Source: Gnetum montanum (lineage: Eukaryota > Plantae > Gnetophyta). From it: a stretch of DNA of 64,000 nt. The position numbers were made by a program, and so were the translations under genes. The notes under the pieces were generated by a model, which ran no database searches, was not told the DNA's origin, and saw only the letters and a list, made by a program, of their open reading frames with translations. This document shows, in pieces, positions 25,300 through 39,098 of the stretch. The stretch is taken from positions 292,262 through 356,261 of the forward strand of contig MNCI01000751.1 of the NCBI GenBank assembly GCA_015680685.1, given 5' to 3'. The stretch's first letter is position 1, and the number at the start of each line of letters is the position of its first letter.

Positions 25300-28200
25300 T
25301 GCCTCAAGAATGTAGGATGGTATATACTCATCCAGATGAGTATGTGCCTAGCTTCACTTTCATCCTACATCAAGATGAACAATTGTGGTGGTGAGATATG
25401 GAGGGCAACATTATAATGCCTCTCTATAAATTTGTGCTTGAGATGTTGCTCCAAACTCTTAGGAGGTTAGGCATCCAAGATCTTCAAGAAGAGTATGTTG
25501 TACATGGCCATGACTACTAGGACTACCATCCCACTAAAACATAATGTAGGAGAGATTGACAACAGGAGAAGCACCATGAGGCTTTGAAGGGAAAATAGTT
25601 TACCAATCCCTTTTGGGGGTTCTCAACATGAAGATTTAAGCTATAATCTATTTTTAACAATCCAAATTTAGGTGATGGGTGCTTGAGCTTGAAGCTATAA
25701 TCTATTTTTAACAATCCAAATTTAGGTAAAAGTGGGAGTCAAAATAGGGGCTTGGACAAGCTTCAAGATGATAAAAAAGCTAACGAATGTTTCCATAAGA
25801 AGCATAGAGGAAGTGGCTTATCTTATGGTGGTGGTAGTCCTTGTCCCTCTTTACCCTCTTCATTTGCATCTTCTTCTTACTCTTTTAATTCTAATAGATG
25901 CCACCGAAAGGACAACCGTGATGATGGCAAACACTGGGACAATAATGATTGCAAGGCCCACCATGAATGAAGAGGTAGTAGAGGACATCATAGGCATTAT
26001 CATAATAATGATGATGATGCTAGAAACTTGGAGTATGCTGAATATCATAGAAGTAGTGAAGATTCCAACCAAACATGTAAAAGATAGTCGAATCAAGTGA
26101 CTTGACATGAACAATATCCCTAGATTTAAGGGGAGATATAACTCTAATTCGCAAGCACATATTCAAGTATTTCATAATGTCTTTGTCTTAAAAAATATTT
26201 AAAATGATTGATAAAAATTAAAGCTATTTCTTAGGACACTCATCAAGAAAGTAGAAAGCTGGAATCAGTCCTTCGAGCTGAAATCTATTTGTAGATGGAG
26301 TATAATGTTAGAGCTATTCAATGATAAATATCAGATGTACTCTTGAGTGTCTAAATTGAGAAGGTAGATCTAAGGATGAAAGTAAGGAATACATGAACCT
26401 TTGGATACCACCATGGGTAGATACTATTCTCTCATAGATCAATGCCCTGGCCATGGTTATTCTTAGCGGGAACAACTTCACCACATCATAGATGGACTCA
26501 GATCAGAAATAAGAAGAACTATTGGGGTTTATGCCCAAGGAAGACTATCAAAACTTAGAGTCCATAAAATCCAAAGGTTGATAGAGTAGGTAGCAAAAGA
26601 AGAAGGAGAGCTGAGGAAATGGGAAAGTGCTAATGAATATAATAGGGATCCGTCCATTAGAAAAAGGGAGGTGTGATTTTGCAACAACAAGGAGGAGTCA
26701 CCACTTGATGAGGTGGTGAATAGAAAGACCTTGCCAATCCAAAAATCTATGTTTAAAATTTTGGCCAAGGTAGATAAAATGTGGGATTTTTTGCATGAAA
26801 AATTTCAAATTGCTCTAAAAATCATAGAAGAATTAAGAGAGAAAAGTGGTGACCATAACCACAGGAGGTGGAAAGAAGCTGAACGTGCCTACCAAAGGGG
26901 TAAGGAAAAACCTGCTATAGTAGAAGAGTTTGTTGAGATAGAATTAGAAGATGATTGTGGCTGTGACATCTACTATTATATACATTATAAAGGATTATGC
27001 CTTGTCATGTTACACTTGTAGGATTTTGGGATGTACACGCTAAATCCTAGACTAGCAAGAAGGTAAGCATCCAAAAGATTACCTTATCCTAAAGGAAATC
27101 CAAGGTACCAACAATAATAAGCTTATTATACAAGTGGAGCTCCACCACAACTGTATGAGTAGTACTAGCAGTGGCAACACCCACAGTCATGGGGGATGCC
27201 ACCACTAATGCAGTGGTACCCTTACAAGTAGTTAGATTCATATGGGTACTATGTTCAACAATCATTGTCTTTGCATGACTCTTCTTGTCATGCTTCTTTT
27301 TAGTAGCATTAATACCCTTTAGAGTATCACAAAATCTATTCTCCATCTACTAGAGGGAGAACCCCATAACTATATCATTATTCTAATCCTTTAGCACATG
27401 CTCCTCCACCCTCCACCCAATTATCTCTTGCTCCATCTATGCAAGGTGAAATTCCATCACAGTCGCAACAATGTAATGCTACTAAGGTTGTCACCTTATA
27501 GCCAACTTTCTAATCAAATGGTCTGGAACCCAGATCTAGCAAATGATCATTCTTCTAATCCAATAGTTCTCCAAATTCCTCACAGACTAGTGCAACTAGC
27601 TGTTTTATCTCTCCATCATTATTTGCATCAAATCTTTTTGAGAGCCCTTCAAATCAAATGCTTCTTAAAATCCACACTATCATGTTAACCCATGTTGTAT
27701 CTAACTAGATCAAGGTTGGCAACCTTCCTAGGAAAAGATCTAACCCTAGAAGTCCTTTTGTCTACTTGTAGATCATTGGCCATGAACCATGCAAGGCTCT
27801 TTCTAATTTAGGTTTTAGTGTCAATCTAATTTTCCATGACATGTACAAAGCATTGAACCTACCACCTCTCAAGAAGAGTAATATTCATCTAGAATTAGTA
27901 GAATAGTTAATAATTATTCCTTTGGAACTTGTGGAGGATATTGTGACCACTATTTATTGGTGGTCCTATCCTACTAATTTTTTTGTGATTAAGGTTGATA
28001 ACTGCAAGGGAGACTTCCTAATTATTATGGGAAGGGCATGGTTGAGCACTATTGATATGCAAGTGGGCATTAGAGATCTCTCTTTGGAAATTTTCAAGGA
28101 GAATGGATTTGGAAAGATCAAGAAGAAGAGAGTTCTATGCATCGTGTACAATGATACTAGGTACAACTATGTGCTAAAACTTTGGTATGTTAAGATCACA

Positions 28201-31200
28201 TCCATCAAAGCATGCAGATAGTATGTAGATGAATTTGAAATCTGAGGTGCCTATACACAGTAGCCACGAAACAAGAGGGTGCCTAGTGGCTGACAACTAA
28301 TTTTGGAAGTAGAACACTTTGCATAGAACCTACTAAGAGTTCAAAATGTGCCAATATTAAAAGTAAGGATGAACTAGAAAAAGTTCATCACCAACTCTTT
28401 GATGATGCAAATGATGATACTAATTAGAGAGAGTTGGAAAACCATGAAAATTTTAAACAAGAACCCTTAGAGTTGAAAATTCTACCTACCAGCATGGAGT
28501 ATGAATTTTTGACAAATGATAAACTAGTAATCATCAATGCCAATCTTGCTCCTGAACAGAAATAGATGTTGTTGAAGGTGGTCAACAAATGGCCAACAAC
28601 CTTTACTTGGTCATATCCTAAACTCACAGGGATTGATCCTAGGATATGCCAACATCGTATCAACACTAATTTGGCCATGAAGCCAAAGAGGCAGTCATAG
28701 TGGTGGTTGAATTCCAAATTGAAATAGATCATCAAAGAGAAAACTGAACAACTCCTTAAGGTGGGGTTTATTTATCCCATTGCAAATAGTGAGTGGGTTA
28801 GTTCACTTGTGATTGTGGGAAAGAAAGGTTACAAGTGGTAGGTCTACATCGACTTCCAGCTACTGAGTATGACAACATTCAAAGATCACTTTCCATTACC
28901 ATTTGTGGATCAAGTGTTAGAAACTATATCTAGGCATTGCTATTACAGTTTTTTGGATGATTATAGTGGCTTTAACCAAATCCAAATCACACTAGAGAAT
29001 TAGGCCAAAACAACATTCATGAGTTCTTAGGTGACTTTTGCATATTGAAAGATGCCTTTTGGTCTATGCAATGCTCCTACAACATTTCAATGTTTGGTCC
29101 TAAGCATTTTTTAGCAACAAATTGGTTGTGGGATGGAACTCTTTATGGATGACTTCTCCACATATGGTGTTGCATTTGAGTAAGCATTGGATCACCTTAA
29201 GTAAGTGCTTAAAAGGTATGTGGAGATGAATCTTTAGATCTATTGGTAGAAGATTCATCTAATGGTCTAGAGGATCATTGTACTGGGGCATAGAATTTCT
29301 TATGTAGGGATTAAGATAAACCCTAAAAGATAAGGGTCATCCAAGGAATAACTTGCCAACTAGAAAAATTTAAATATGTTTAGTCATTCCTTGGATACAT
29401 TGGCTACTATTGGAAATTTAAGGAGAATTTCTCTTAGATCAAAAATTAATTTTTGAAGCTTACAAAGAAAGATGCTCCATTCATTTGGATCAAGGAATGT
29501 AAAAATGCCTTTTAGAACCTTAAGTAGAAGCTTGTAGAGACTCTAATTCTACAAGAACCTGACTAGTCCAGATCATTTCATATCATGAAATATGTATCAA
29601 ATTATGCCCTGGAAGTTGTGCTTATGTAGTTGGATGACAAGAGATGTCCATATTACATCCACTATGTAAGCTGAAGCATTGTGGATGTACAATTGAATTA
29701 CACTACAATAAAGAAAGAACTAATGACAGTGATGTATGCTCTGGAGAAGTTTAGGAACTATGTGCTTGGATATAAAGTATTTGTGAAAACTTATCATTGT
29801 GTCATTTGCTTCCTAATGAATAAGCCAATGGTGAGCCCCTGTGTCATATAGTGGTTAATGATCTTGTAGGAATTTAATCTTATAATGATAGATTGAAAGA
29901 AGACTTAGAATGTGATCACTGATCACTTGTCTTGGTCATAATAAAGAAGAAAGCCCACTCTTTGATCAGTTTTTTTGATGAACTCCTCTTTATAGGTGTA
30001 ATAAATGAACAAGTGCTTGATGAACCAAAATGATATGATGGAATCCTTACTTATCTTCTCACTAGAAAAATGCCACAAGGTCTAGACTATAGGAAGAAAC
30101 AATAGTTTCTTCATTAGGCCAAATGCTTCATGGAAATTAACAAACACCTTTACAAGGTATGCACCAATGGCTTGGTTCATTAGTGTGTATCTAATGCTGA
30201 TAAATTGTGCATTCTCCAGGATGCTCATGAGGGTCCTTCTCGAGGACACTATGCTCAGAGACACACAACCATTAAGTTCCTGATGGTAGGGTATTATTGG
30301 CCAACCATTTTCAGGGATGCTCACCAATTTATCTACTATTGTGAATGCTATCAATGAGATTATGGGATGGCTGCTTGAATGGAGAGACCTCAATAGTGGA
30401 TTCAACCACTAGAACCCTTTGACATATAGGGCATTAACTTCATGGATCCCATCACATGCATGTCAAATGGAAAGGCATATATAATCATCATTATTGATTA
30501 TTGTATAAAATGGACAGAAGCATTAGCTGTCATCAACTATACATCATCTATTGCTACATGGTTTGTACAACAAAATGTTATAAATGGGTTTTGGGTGCCA
30601 TGTGCACTAATCTCTAACAATGGAACCCATTTCATAGACACCACTTTTCGCAAGCTTATGCAACTCTTGGAGGTTGAACATAAATTAACAACACCCTATC
30701 ACCCCCAAGCCAATGGTCAAGTAAAGGTTACTAATAGGAAGATTACAAAGATCTTAACAAGAACCATTAGCAAGTATATGAGGGACTGGAGCACAAAACT
30801 TAACGATGTCCTCTGGGCCTACTATTCAACATGGAAATCCCATAGGCTACTCTCCCTATGAGCTGGTGTATGGAAAACTACGATTCAATCTAAGCTACCT
30901 ATACTTTCAATAGCATGTGACCTAGATCCTAACATTTGTCTAGGACAAAGAGAATGATTAATCAACCTTAATGTACTAGATGAAAATTGATTAATGACCC
31001 TATCTTGGAATGAAGTGTAGAAGAAATTTAATAAAAAGTTCCATGACCTTATAATATGGAAAGGGATATTTTTTATTGGGAGATAAGGTTCTCTACTAGA
31101 ACCCCACACACGTACCTCAACAAAATAAGTTCTAGACGTTGTGGGAAGGGCCTTACATCATTCATGAAACTTTTTCTTTTGGGGCCATATTAATTTACAA

Positions 31201-31370
31201 ACTTGAGAGCTCAAGCAAAAGGTAAGTAGTCAACATGCTACAAGTCAACCCTCTTCATGAACCCATGCAAGCTAGTGGAAGCAATGCCTCATCTAATGGA
31301 CAACCATGCTCAATTTTTTGGATCTTCTCCTTTCAACTTAGTCATGGGGGAGATGGTCATCCATGCTAAA
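25300..31370 (+). pseudogene. B1 gag-pol (gag ~26085-27000, PR ~27720-28120, RT/RH ~28620-29940, IN ~30020-31370)
   Basis: Motifs: NIPRFKG (gag), KALSNLGFSVNLI and IIMGRAWL (PR), GFIYPIANSEWVS..FKDHFPLPFVDQVL..FMDDFS (RT), TTPYHPQANGQV (IN). Many stops. Confidence 0.9.
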
Positions 31371-33461
31371 CATTTAAAGTGGCTCCTTAGTTTTTTCTAA
31401 TTTTTTGTTTTACACTTTCTTTATTTTTATACCTTTTTATGTTTTACACTTTGTTATTTTTCCAAATTTTTGTTTTACAACATCATTGGTATGTTTTATC
31501 TTTCTTGAGTATTTTACAATTTCTTGAATATTTTATTATATTTTGGTGTCATTATTCTTGCTAATAAAATGTTCTATTATCAACAGGACACAATGATGCT
31601 ATTGCAAGTTACTAACGGTGGTTTGTACTTAATGTTTTTATTTCCTAATGTCTAGTTTATATTTTTGAATTTTAATGACTGATAAAAAAGATTAGTTTCT
31701 ATTTTATGAAATAGGCATTGAGTCCACATCATCCACCCATCCACAAACTCTATGGTTCTTCTTGTTTTGGGAATATGAGGTTCCTTTTTCATTAATAAAA
31801 CCTTAACAGACTTGTGACCTTGGTAGTTTCCATGATTGGAAAAGATTCAAAGTTTTGAAATGCATGTAGCTTTAAGGGGATTAAATAATCTTTGTACCTT
31901 TCTACTTGCTTGAGTGTATGTGTGTTTTCATGTATTTCTTACCGTTTTGTGTCAACCAATAATAGGAAGTTGAATAAGTCTTTGAATGGTGTGGTTCCCA
32001 TCCAAAAATTCCAAAAAGAAGAAGAAAAACAGGCTAATGAAAATTCAAGGCACACCTCTTAGACAAAATAAATGGGCTATAAGCACTGGTTATGGGACTA
32101 GAAAGACATGTTACCCATGCTTGAAGGACCCCTCTAACTAAGGCTCTTACTCCTTGCTTCTCTTTTCTTCTTAAATAAGGAATGGTGATTGTCCATGGAA
32201 GCATTCTTGTGCCTTGAAGGGGGTGGACCAGTCCTAGAGTGTGGTGATGCAAAGTCACTGAAAGTGGTTGGTTTTGGTCTAGACTATTGGGTTATTTAGC
32301 GACAAAACTCACAAGGAACTTCATGTGACCATGATTGGGACATCCATTCCATTCTCTCTCTCATCCATCAATGCTCTCCATAACTCACCTTAGTTCCAGT
32401 TTTCATGTCTTAGTTTGATATTTTGAAATTCATAAATAGATTCTCTAGGTTTGGTCTTTAACTTTTTGTAGTAATTAATCAAGTATGGGGCTCACGAACT
32501 CCTTAGTTGAGGATATGCAAGGGTAAAAAGGGCATATGCCACTATGGGGAGGACCCACTTGCATATCTTGTTATTTGGTTAGTTAATTTCCTTACCCTTA
32601 GACAATGTCACAATCAAAATCTTTCATGTGCCCCATTGTGCATCCAACTATGTGCTCCTTAAGACATTCTTCTTCATAAAATCTCATTCTCAAATCATTT
32701 CTTAATTTTTTGAATTTTAAAACCCTCTTCTAATATTTTTATCATGTTTTTGGCTTTTTGGGATTCCATTTGATCCAAATTTTATTCAAAAACTCCTTAT
32801 ATTTCTTAAATTTTGACAAGGTTAACGGTGGTAAACAACCATGTTGACTAGGCCTAGTTGACACAACTGGCCTCATTGACTAGGCCCCATTGTTGTAGCC
32901 CAAAAATTCTATAAATACTATTCAAAATTGAAGTTTTTTGTCATTTTCTTCAAAACAAGAGGGGGAGGGGGGGTGGGGATTTGTAATTTTTTAGAGGCCA
33001 AAACCTTCCAGGGCCCCATAACTTTCACACCATTTGTCCAAATNATTGTGTAACTTTGAAACATTGGTAATTTTAAATTTACCAAAGTTTCTTGGAAGGG
33101 TTAAACTCTCAAAAATTGATGNAATTTTTTAGAGGCCAAAACCTTCCAGGGCCCCATAACTTTCACACCATTTGTCCAAATAACTTTTTTCTTCAATCTT
33201 GTAGATACTGGAGGTAAGCTCTTAGTCTTGGGGGCCACAAACCTTAAGGTTTTCAACCAAAATTTTTTTTAAAAATTTCTAACTCCCCCAAAGGGTTAAT
33301 GAATAAAATAATATTAAACCATCAATTTTTGAGAGTTTAACCCTTCCAAGAAACTTTGGTAAATTTAAAATTACCAATGTTTCAAAGTTACACAGTAAGC
33401 TCTTCCTAATGTTTCAAAGTTATACAATAAGTGCTAATCCTTGGTGATGTTGTGATTACAG

Positions 33462-36150
33462 ATGGCACCTAGACCAAAATTCCCATAGGAAGGAGGACCA
33501 ATAGAACCAAAGGACAAACGCTCCAAAACTAGAAGGGGCCAAGAAGTATCAACCTAGGAGCAAGTAGCAGAAACTCATGTAATGAGACCTCTTCGAAAGA
33601 AGCCCAATGTGGAATTTGTTTGATAGATTTTTAAAGAGAAGGCTACGACTGAACAATCCCTAAGAGGAGAGCCACCAAGGCCCATACCAAGAGTTGAGGT
33701 CACATTGACACAAGCCTACCTAGATATGATCAAGCCTCGTGATGTCCAACGCTCAGTTCTCCAAGATCTAAAATTTAGACCATTCTTGGAACATGCTCCA
33801 CCAAAAGTCAAGACATAATTGCAAAGCTCTCCCATGTGGTTGATCATCATTACTAATGGAAATTGGTACATGGGAGAGACATATATCTTCTAGAATAGTA
33901 GAAAGGTAGGAGCCACTATGAGAATCAAGGATATTAAGGTGTCTTACTCAATAAAAGTTGTTGCATAGGCTCTTGGTCTACCTAATTATGGCACTCATTT
34001 GGTAGAAACCTCCATGCAAGTAGATCCCAAGGAAAAAAGGGAGTGAACCCAACAATGTTATGGGGTTGATTGTAAGGAGTTTGGCATGGTCACACTGGTG
34101 GAGCATATATACTTTAAGATAGAGACCTATCACCTCTATCTAATAGTGAGGCCTAGCAAGGTGACAACATTCTCCACTTGAGCATGTGCTATTTAAGCAA
34201 TAAATTCCCTATTAAGCTTCCATAGCTAATCTATCTAGAGATAGAGAAACATTTTGAGGAGAATGAACATGGAAGGAAAACCTTGCTATTTCCATGCCTT
34301 ATCAAAAAAATTTGTAAAAGGATAGGGTAGTTTGCTACATTAATGATATGATCAAGCATACTCCCATCACATCTTGGTCTAAGATGATGAAGGATAAGAT
34401 CCCTACCATGTCAAAAGAAGAGGAGGAGTAGTCATGACCTCCACCACCCACTCAAGAAACAATGTCAGAAGCCTACGTAGCCATTGAGAACCTACACAAA
34501 ATCCAAGAGTAGATCTTGTGTAAGTAGGAGTAGAAAATAGGAACAAGTGGTGGGGATGGATGCATTTGTGTACCATCTGCAATGAGTTACCTCAACAAAG
34601 CAGCTTGAATAATTAGCAAGATGGAGGGAGGTGGGCCAATGTTCTTAGCCCAAAGAATGTAGTTGCTCTTGAGGTTGAATCCTAGTTTTCGAGAGGTGAT
34701 GATTTCTCTCTTGNAGTTTCCACAAGTTGGCCTAGCAATTCTTCATGTTGGACTACACTCAATTAGTTGCTAACTATCCTTGTAGATGTCTACACATTTC
34801 TAAGTACAAAAACATCTAGTACAAATTCCATAAGTACATTTAGTACTTTTGTGATCTGATCAGCAATCACTTCTATTATAGTCTCATGCCCTTGGTGCTA
34901 CATCACCAACATAATTGCTCCTTCACCCTCCTCCAAGCACACTTAAAAAGTAGCAGCATTCCCAAATATTTATGAGAATTTCTATTATTTCAAGAGAGAA
35001 ATCATCACCTCTCGAAAACTAGGATTCAACCTCAAGAGCAACTACATTCTTTGGGCTAAGAACATTGGCCCACCTCCCTCCATCTTGCTAATTATTCAAG
35101 CTGCTTTGTTGAGGTAACTCATTGCAGATGGTACACAAATGCATCCCCACCACTTGTTCCTATTTGCTACTCCTACTTACACAAGATCTACTCTTGGATT
35201 TTGTATAGGTTCTCAATGGCTACGTAGGCTTCTAACATTGTTTCTTGAGAGGGTGGTGGAGGTCACGACTACTCCTCCTCTTCTTTTGACATGGTAGGGA
35301 TCTTATCCTTCATCATCTTAGACCAAGATGTGATGGGAGTGTGCTTGATCATATCATTAATGNTTGCAGATATTAGGTTGTCCAATAGAAAGAAGTTAAC
35401 AAAAGACACATCCAAATGACTAAAGAAAAATTCAATGAGACACTCTAGCAACTCTAGCAAGGAAAATAGGTGTGACAACCTATCATTGATGTGATAAATA
35501 CCTACAACAAAGTAGAGATCCACATGAAGGAGTTGCAAATAGAAGAGATGACTGAATACATGAAGCTTGCCAATCTCAGATATGCAAATCTAGTAATGCT
35601 AACTATTGGATGATCATGGTCAAAGTTAGAGAAGTAGGTGGCTAGCTCATACTTACTAAATAAGGTAGAGTTGAAGCATTACAAGGAGACCAGGAAAAAG
35701 CTTGAGACTGTAAACATTGAACTTGAAATTCTCAAGGAAATATTTATTGATTAGAGATGAACTACTAAGAACTTGGCCAGAAGCTTAAATTACTACCATG
35801 AATTGTAGAATTCAAGTAGGACATTTGACATCAAACATAAACAATTTGCTACCTAGTTTGTCAATGTCAAGGAGCTATTCCCAACAATGCCCTATCACTG
35901 GTATGTGCCCATTTTGGCCCACATTAGTGGAGTTGCATGGATTGTGCACAATCATAGGATTAAGGAGGAGAAGATAAATCATTTTTGGATGCTTTTCATT
36001 TTCCAAAAAAAATTTTAATAATAGTAGGATAGCCACAACAGCCTCAACCATCACATGCATATAAAGCAAGTGAAGGTCCTTTAGAACTTCAGGAGCCTCC
36101 ACCACTTGGGATCATTAATATTCTCCATCATCTTCATGCCATCAGATGAG
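33462..36150 (+). pseudogene. B1 env-like/3' accessory ORF (putative plant transposon protein-like domain + coiled coil); contains an inverted assembly segment
   Basis: ttacag|ATGGCACCT start. Reads RIKDIKVSYSIKVVA*ALGLPNYG...IYLEIEKHFEENEHGRKTLLFPCLIKKIC. Homologous to B2 53883-56640. Confidence 0.7.
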
Positions 36151-36361
36151 AATGTGTTTGTAAAATTTTATCTTGGTGATTCAATTTTGGAGTCTTGAAC
36201 ACTAGAAATTTTTGTAATGATTGTATATCCATACACTCAAGCACTTAGTATCTATTTCTGTTTGTTTATGTTTGTCGTATGTCTATCGCTAGTCAATAAT
36301 TTCATACCTTCTAAAATATGTAAAGAACTTGAGGATGCATTTTAATTTAGTTGTGGGGGTA

Positions 36362-36775
36362 TGATAAATAATGGATTAGTTGCATTGATTGGGCTCCATC
36401 GACTAGGCCTCATTGACTAGGCCCTATCGATGCACTATTTGATGCGTGAACGTGGTCCCATCGACATAGTCTCTATTTTTGCTTATAAATATGTGTTCAC
36501 TCACCATGTTTATGGCATGTATTGTCATAGTTGTAGTATATATATTATAGTTTTGTCATTTTAAAGTTAGAATATTTTACTAAATTCCTGCAATAGGAGT
36601 CAAGAGTGTATGGATCTTTATTCGAGCACTGTTGTACCTGAGCACAACAATGTGTGCGACAATAAAGATGAGCTTTTTGATAAACCTTACAGGACTTGGA
36701 AATAGATTAATTATTTATTTATGCATTTAATGTATTATGTGATTTTATTTAATGATTTAAGTAATTAAATAATTN
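36362..36775 (+). repeat. 3' LTR of B1 (partial, ends in gap)
   Basis: Aligns to 24197-24636. Confidence 0.9.
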
Positions 36776-37434
36776 NNNNNNNNNNNNNNNNNNNNNNNNN
36801 NNNNNNNNNNNNNNNNNNNNNNNNNNNNNNNNNNNNNNNNNNNNNNNNNNNNNNNNNNNNNNNNNNNNNNNNNNNNNNNNNNNNNNNNNNNNNNNNNNNN
36901 NNNNNNNNNNNNNNNNNNNNNNNNNNNNNNNNNNNNNNNNNNNNNNNNNNNNNNNNNNNNNNNNNNNNNNNNNNNNNNNNNNNNNNNNNNNNNNNNNNNN
37001 NNNNNNNNNNNNNNNNNNNNNNNNNNNNNNNNNNNNNNNNNNNNNNNNNNNNNNNNNNNNNNNNNNNNNNNNNNNNNNNNNTCAAATATGATTGAATATG
37101 ATTGAAATGGTAATATTTATCTTTTTAGTTGATTTTATGGTCAAAGTATGACATAGAAAAAATGGGATATGAGTTATCAAAATAAGTTAAATTTTAGAAG
37201 AAACATGCCATAAATTGCTAAAATAAGTAAAAATATAGTAAAAATAATCATAAATTATTAAAACAAGGAAAACTATTTTGAAAATAAGGATAAATCTTGT
37301 GTAAATTGCTAGAATAAAAAATGATTTAGTAAAATTAATTAAAATAGACAAAAAAACTCATGTATACTAGTTGTAAATTGCTCAAAGGTTTGCTTTTTCT
37401 TATTAAAGAACTTAAAAAAGCTAAAATATTAAAT

Positions 37435-38730
37435 TCTCAATGTGTGGGGACAATTTCTATAGTGTGTGGAAACTTTGGACTACCTCCATAGCATGTGGGA
37501 CCTAAATCATGAGCATGTGAAGAATTTTGATCAAGTTTGGAGGTTGTTTGACTTGATTTGATTGCATCTAGGTTGTGTAGGGTTGGTTTAAGGCTTATGT
37601 GACTATTTTAGACTATGAATACATACGTTTGACTAGGGTTTTGGTTTGCCAAAGTTCCACACACTACCACAACATGTGTGATAGGGTTCCCCAGCTTGTG
37701 AAACCAAGACCCTATTTTGATAGCTTGTAAGGATCAAATCTTTAGTTAATTTTCCATCCTAGGGCTTGTGGGACAAATAAGGCAACTTATGAGTAATTCT
37801 AGACATGATGAATCTTATCTTAAACTCCACATGCTACCTCACATGTTGTCACAATGTGTGGAAGAGGGATCAAATTTGGTAGTTTATAGGGATTTTTGAC
37901 TAGGTTTTTAATGTTTCGGGCTCCTATGGCAGTGTCCAAGGTACATTGGAAGATCTATAGCTTTTTCCAACCATTTGAAGTAAGGTTTGATACATGGTAA
38001 CAAATTTTAGGTGTTCTTAGGGTCTCACACATTTCCCCACATGTTGCCATAGTGTTTGAGACGTCTTGCTAGTGTGTGAGACCAAGCTCCATTCCTAGTA
38101 GCTTGTGAAGATCATATTCTTACTTAACTTTCTATTTTGGATTTTTTGAATCCTATTGAGCTTTTGAGTAACTTTTGGTTTGTTATTTAGTAGTGTGAGG
38201 CTCACACCCTATCCCACATGCTACCACAGTGTGTGGGATAAGGGCTCTAGTGTGTGAGACCTAACTATGCTTTTTTTAGTGGATTTTGACTTAATATTTG
38301 GTATCTTTAAGCTTTTAGGGTAGTGTTTAGGCTATGATGAGGAGGTTTGCAACTTTTTTGACAATTTTAGGTAAGGTATGACATGTACTAATATAATTGA
38401 GATTTGTGGGGCCTTTACACTCTACCCCACATGTTGCCATAGAATGTGGGAGGTTAAACCCTAGCATGTGAACATTTCATACTTTAATTCGTAGAAATTT
38501 TGAATGGGTTTTTGCACATTGGGAATTTTCTAATTTTTAAAAGTCTTTTAGGTCCCACTAGGTAGCATATGGATAAGTTTGATAAGAAAAAAGACTAGTG
38601 AAGGCTTCACCCACTACCCCACATGCTACCGCAATGTTTAGGACAAGATTCCATAGTGTGTGGACATCTTAGAACTGAATCCTAATGTGTGAAGCTGCTT
38701 GATGTTCTTTCCCAAGTCATGTGGGATCCA
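37435..38730. repeat. Large array of CCCACA(C/T)G(C/T)TG / CAG(C/T)(A/G)TGTGG motifs
   Basis: Dozens of copies, often as inverted pairs, e.g. cccacatgctaccacagtgtgtggga. Confidence 0.8.
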
Positions 38731-39098
38731 CCCATTTTTAAAATGCCTTAGGAAGGTAAATATTATGCAAAACTCAGCGTACAAGGCTTATTTCTTTATT
38801 TATTCTTGGTCTACAACATATAGAAGATATTTCCTAGTGTACAAAGGGTTCATGATTAGAATGTAGGCATTAGGAGAGGATTTTTGACACCAAAAACTAG
38901 TGTGTTAATTTATTTTTCATCCAATTTCATAAGGGTAGCATATGAGAGCTAGGTTTAGTGGTTAAAACCCAAATAACCAACACTTAGAGGTAATGTTTAC
39001 ATTTACCCATCCTTGAGAAAAGCATGGTTGCCGTAGAGGTGAGAATTTGGGCTTCTACCAACAACAAATCAAGATACAACTCTCTAGTCTCAGTGATT

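Larger units (their letters stand above)
24197..36775 (+). mobile_element. Athila-like Ty3/gypsy element B1 (3' LTR runs into the N gap)
   Basis: 5' LTR 24197-25104, PBS, gag-PR-RT-RH-IN, 3' accessory ORF, PPT ttgtgggggta and a 3' LTR from 36362 that aligns to the 5' LTR. Confidence 0.9.

Noticed and set aside
25635-25727. 37-bp direct repeat aagctataatctatttttaacaatccaaatttaggt
   Set aside because: It is a local duplication absent from B2, with no sign of function.
32985-33400. Short direct and inverted duplications around 33044 and 33122
   Set aside because: They are bounded by single Ns, which indicates a gap-filling artefact.
34344-35363. ~370-bp near-perfect inverted repeat (34344-34713 vs 34995-35362) that could form a hairpin/siRNA locus
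   Set aside because: The inverted segment is bounded exactly by single Ns (34714, 35363) and B2 is collinear here. It is most likely a flipped overlapping contig.
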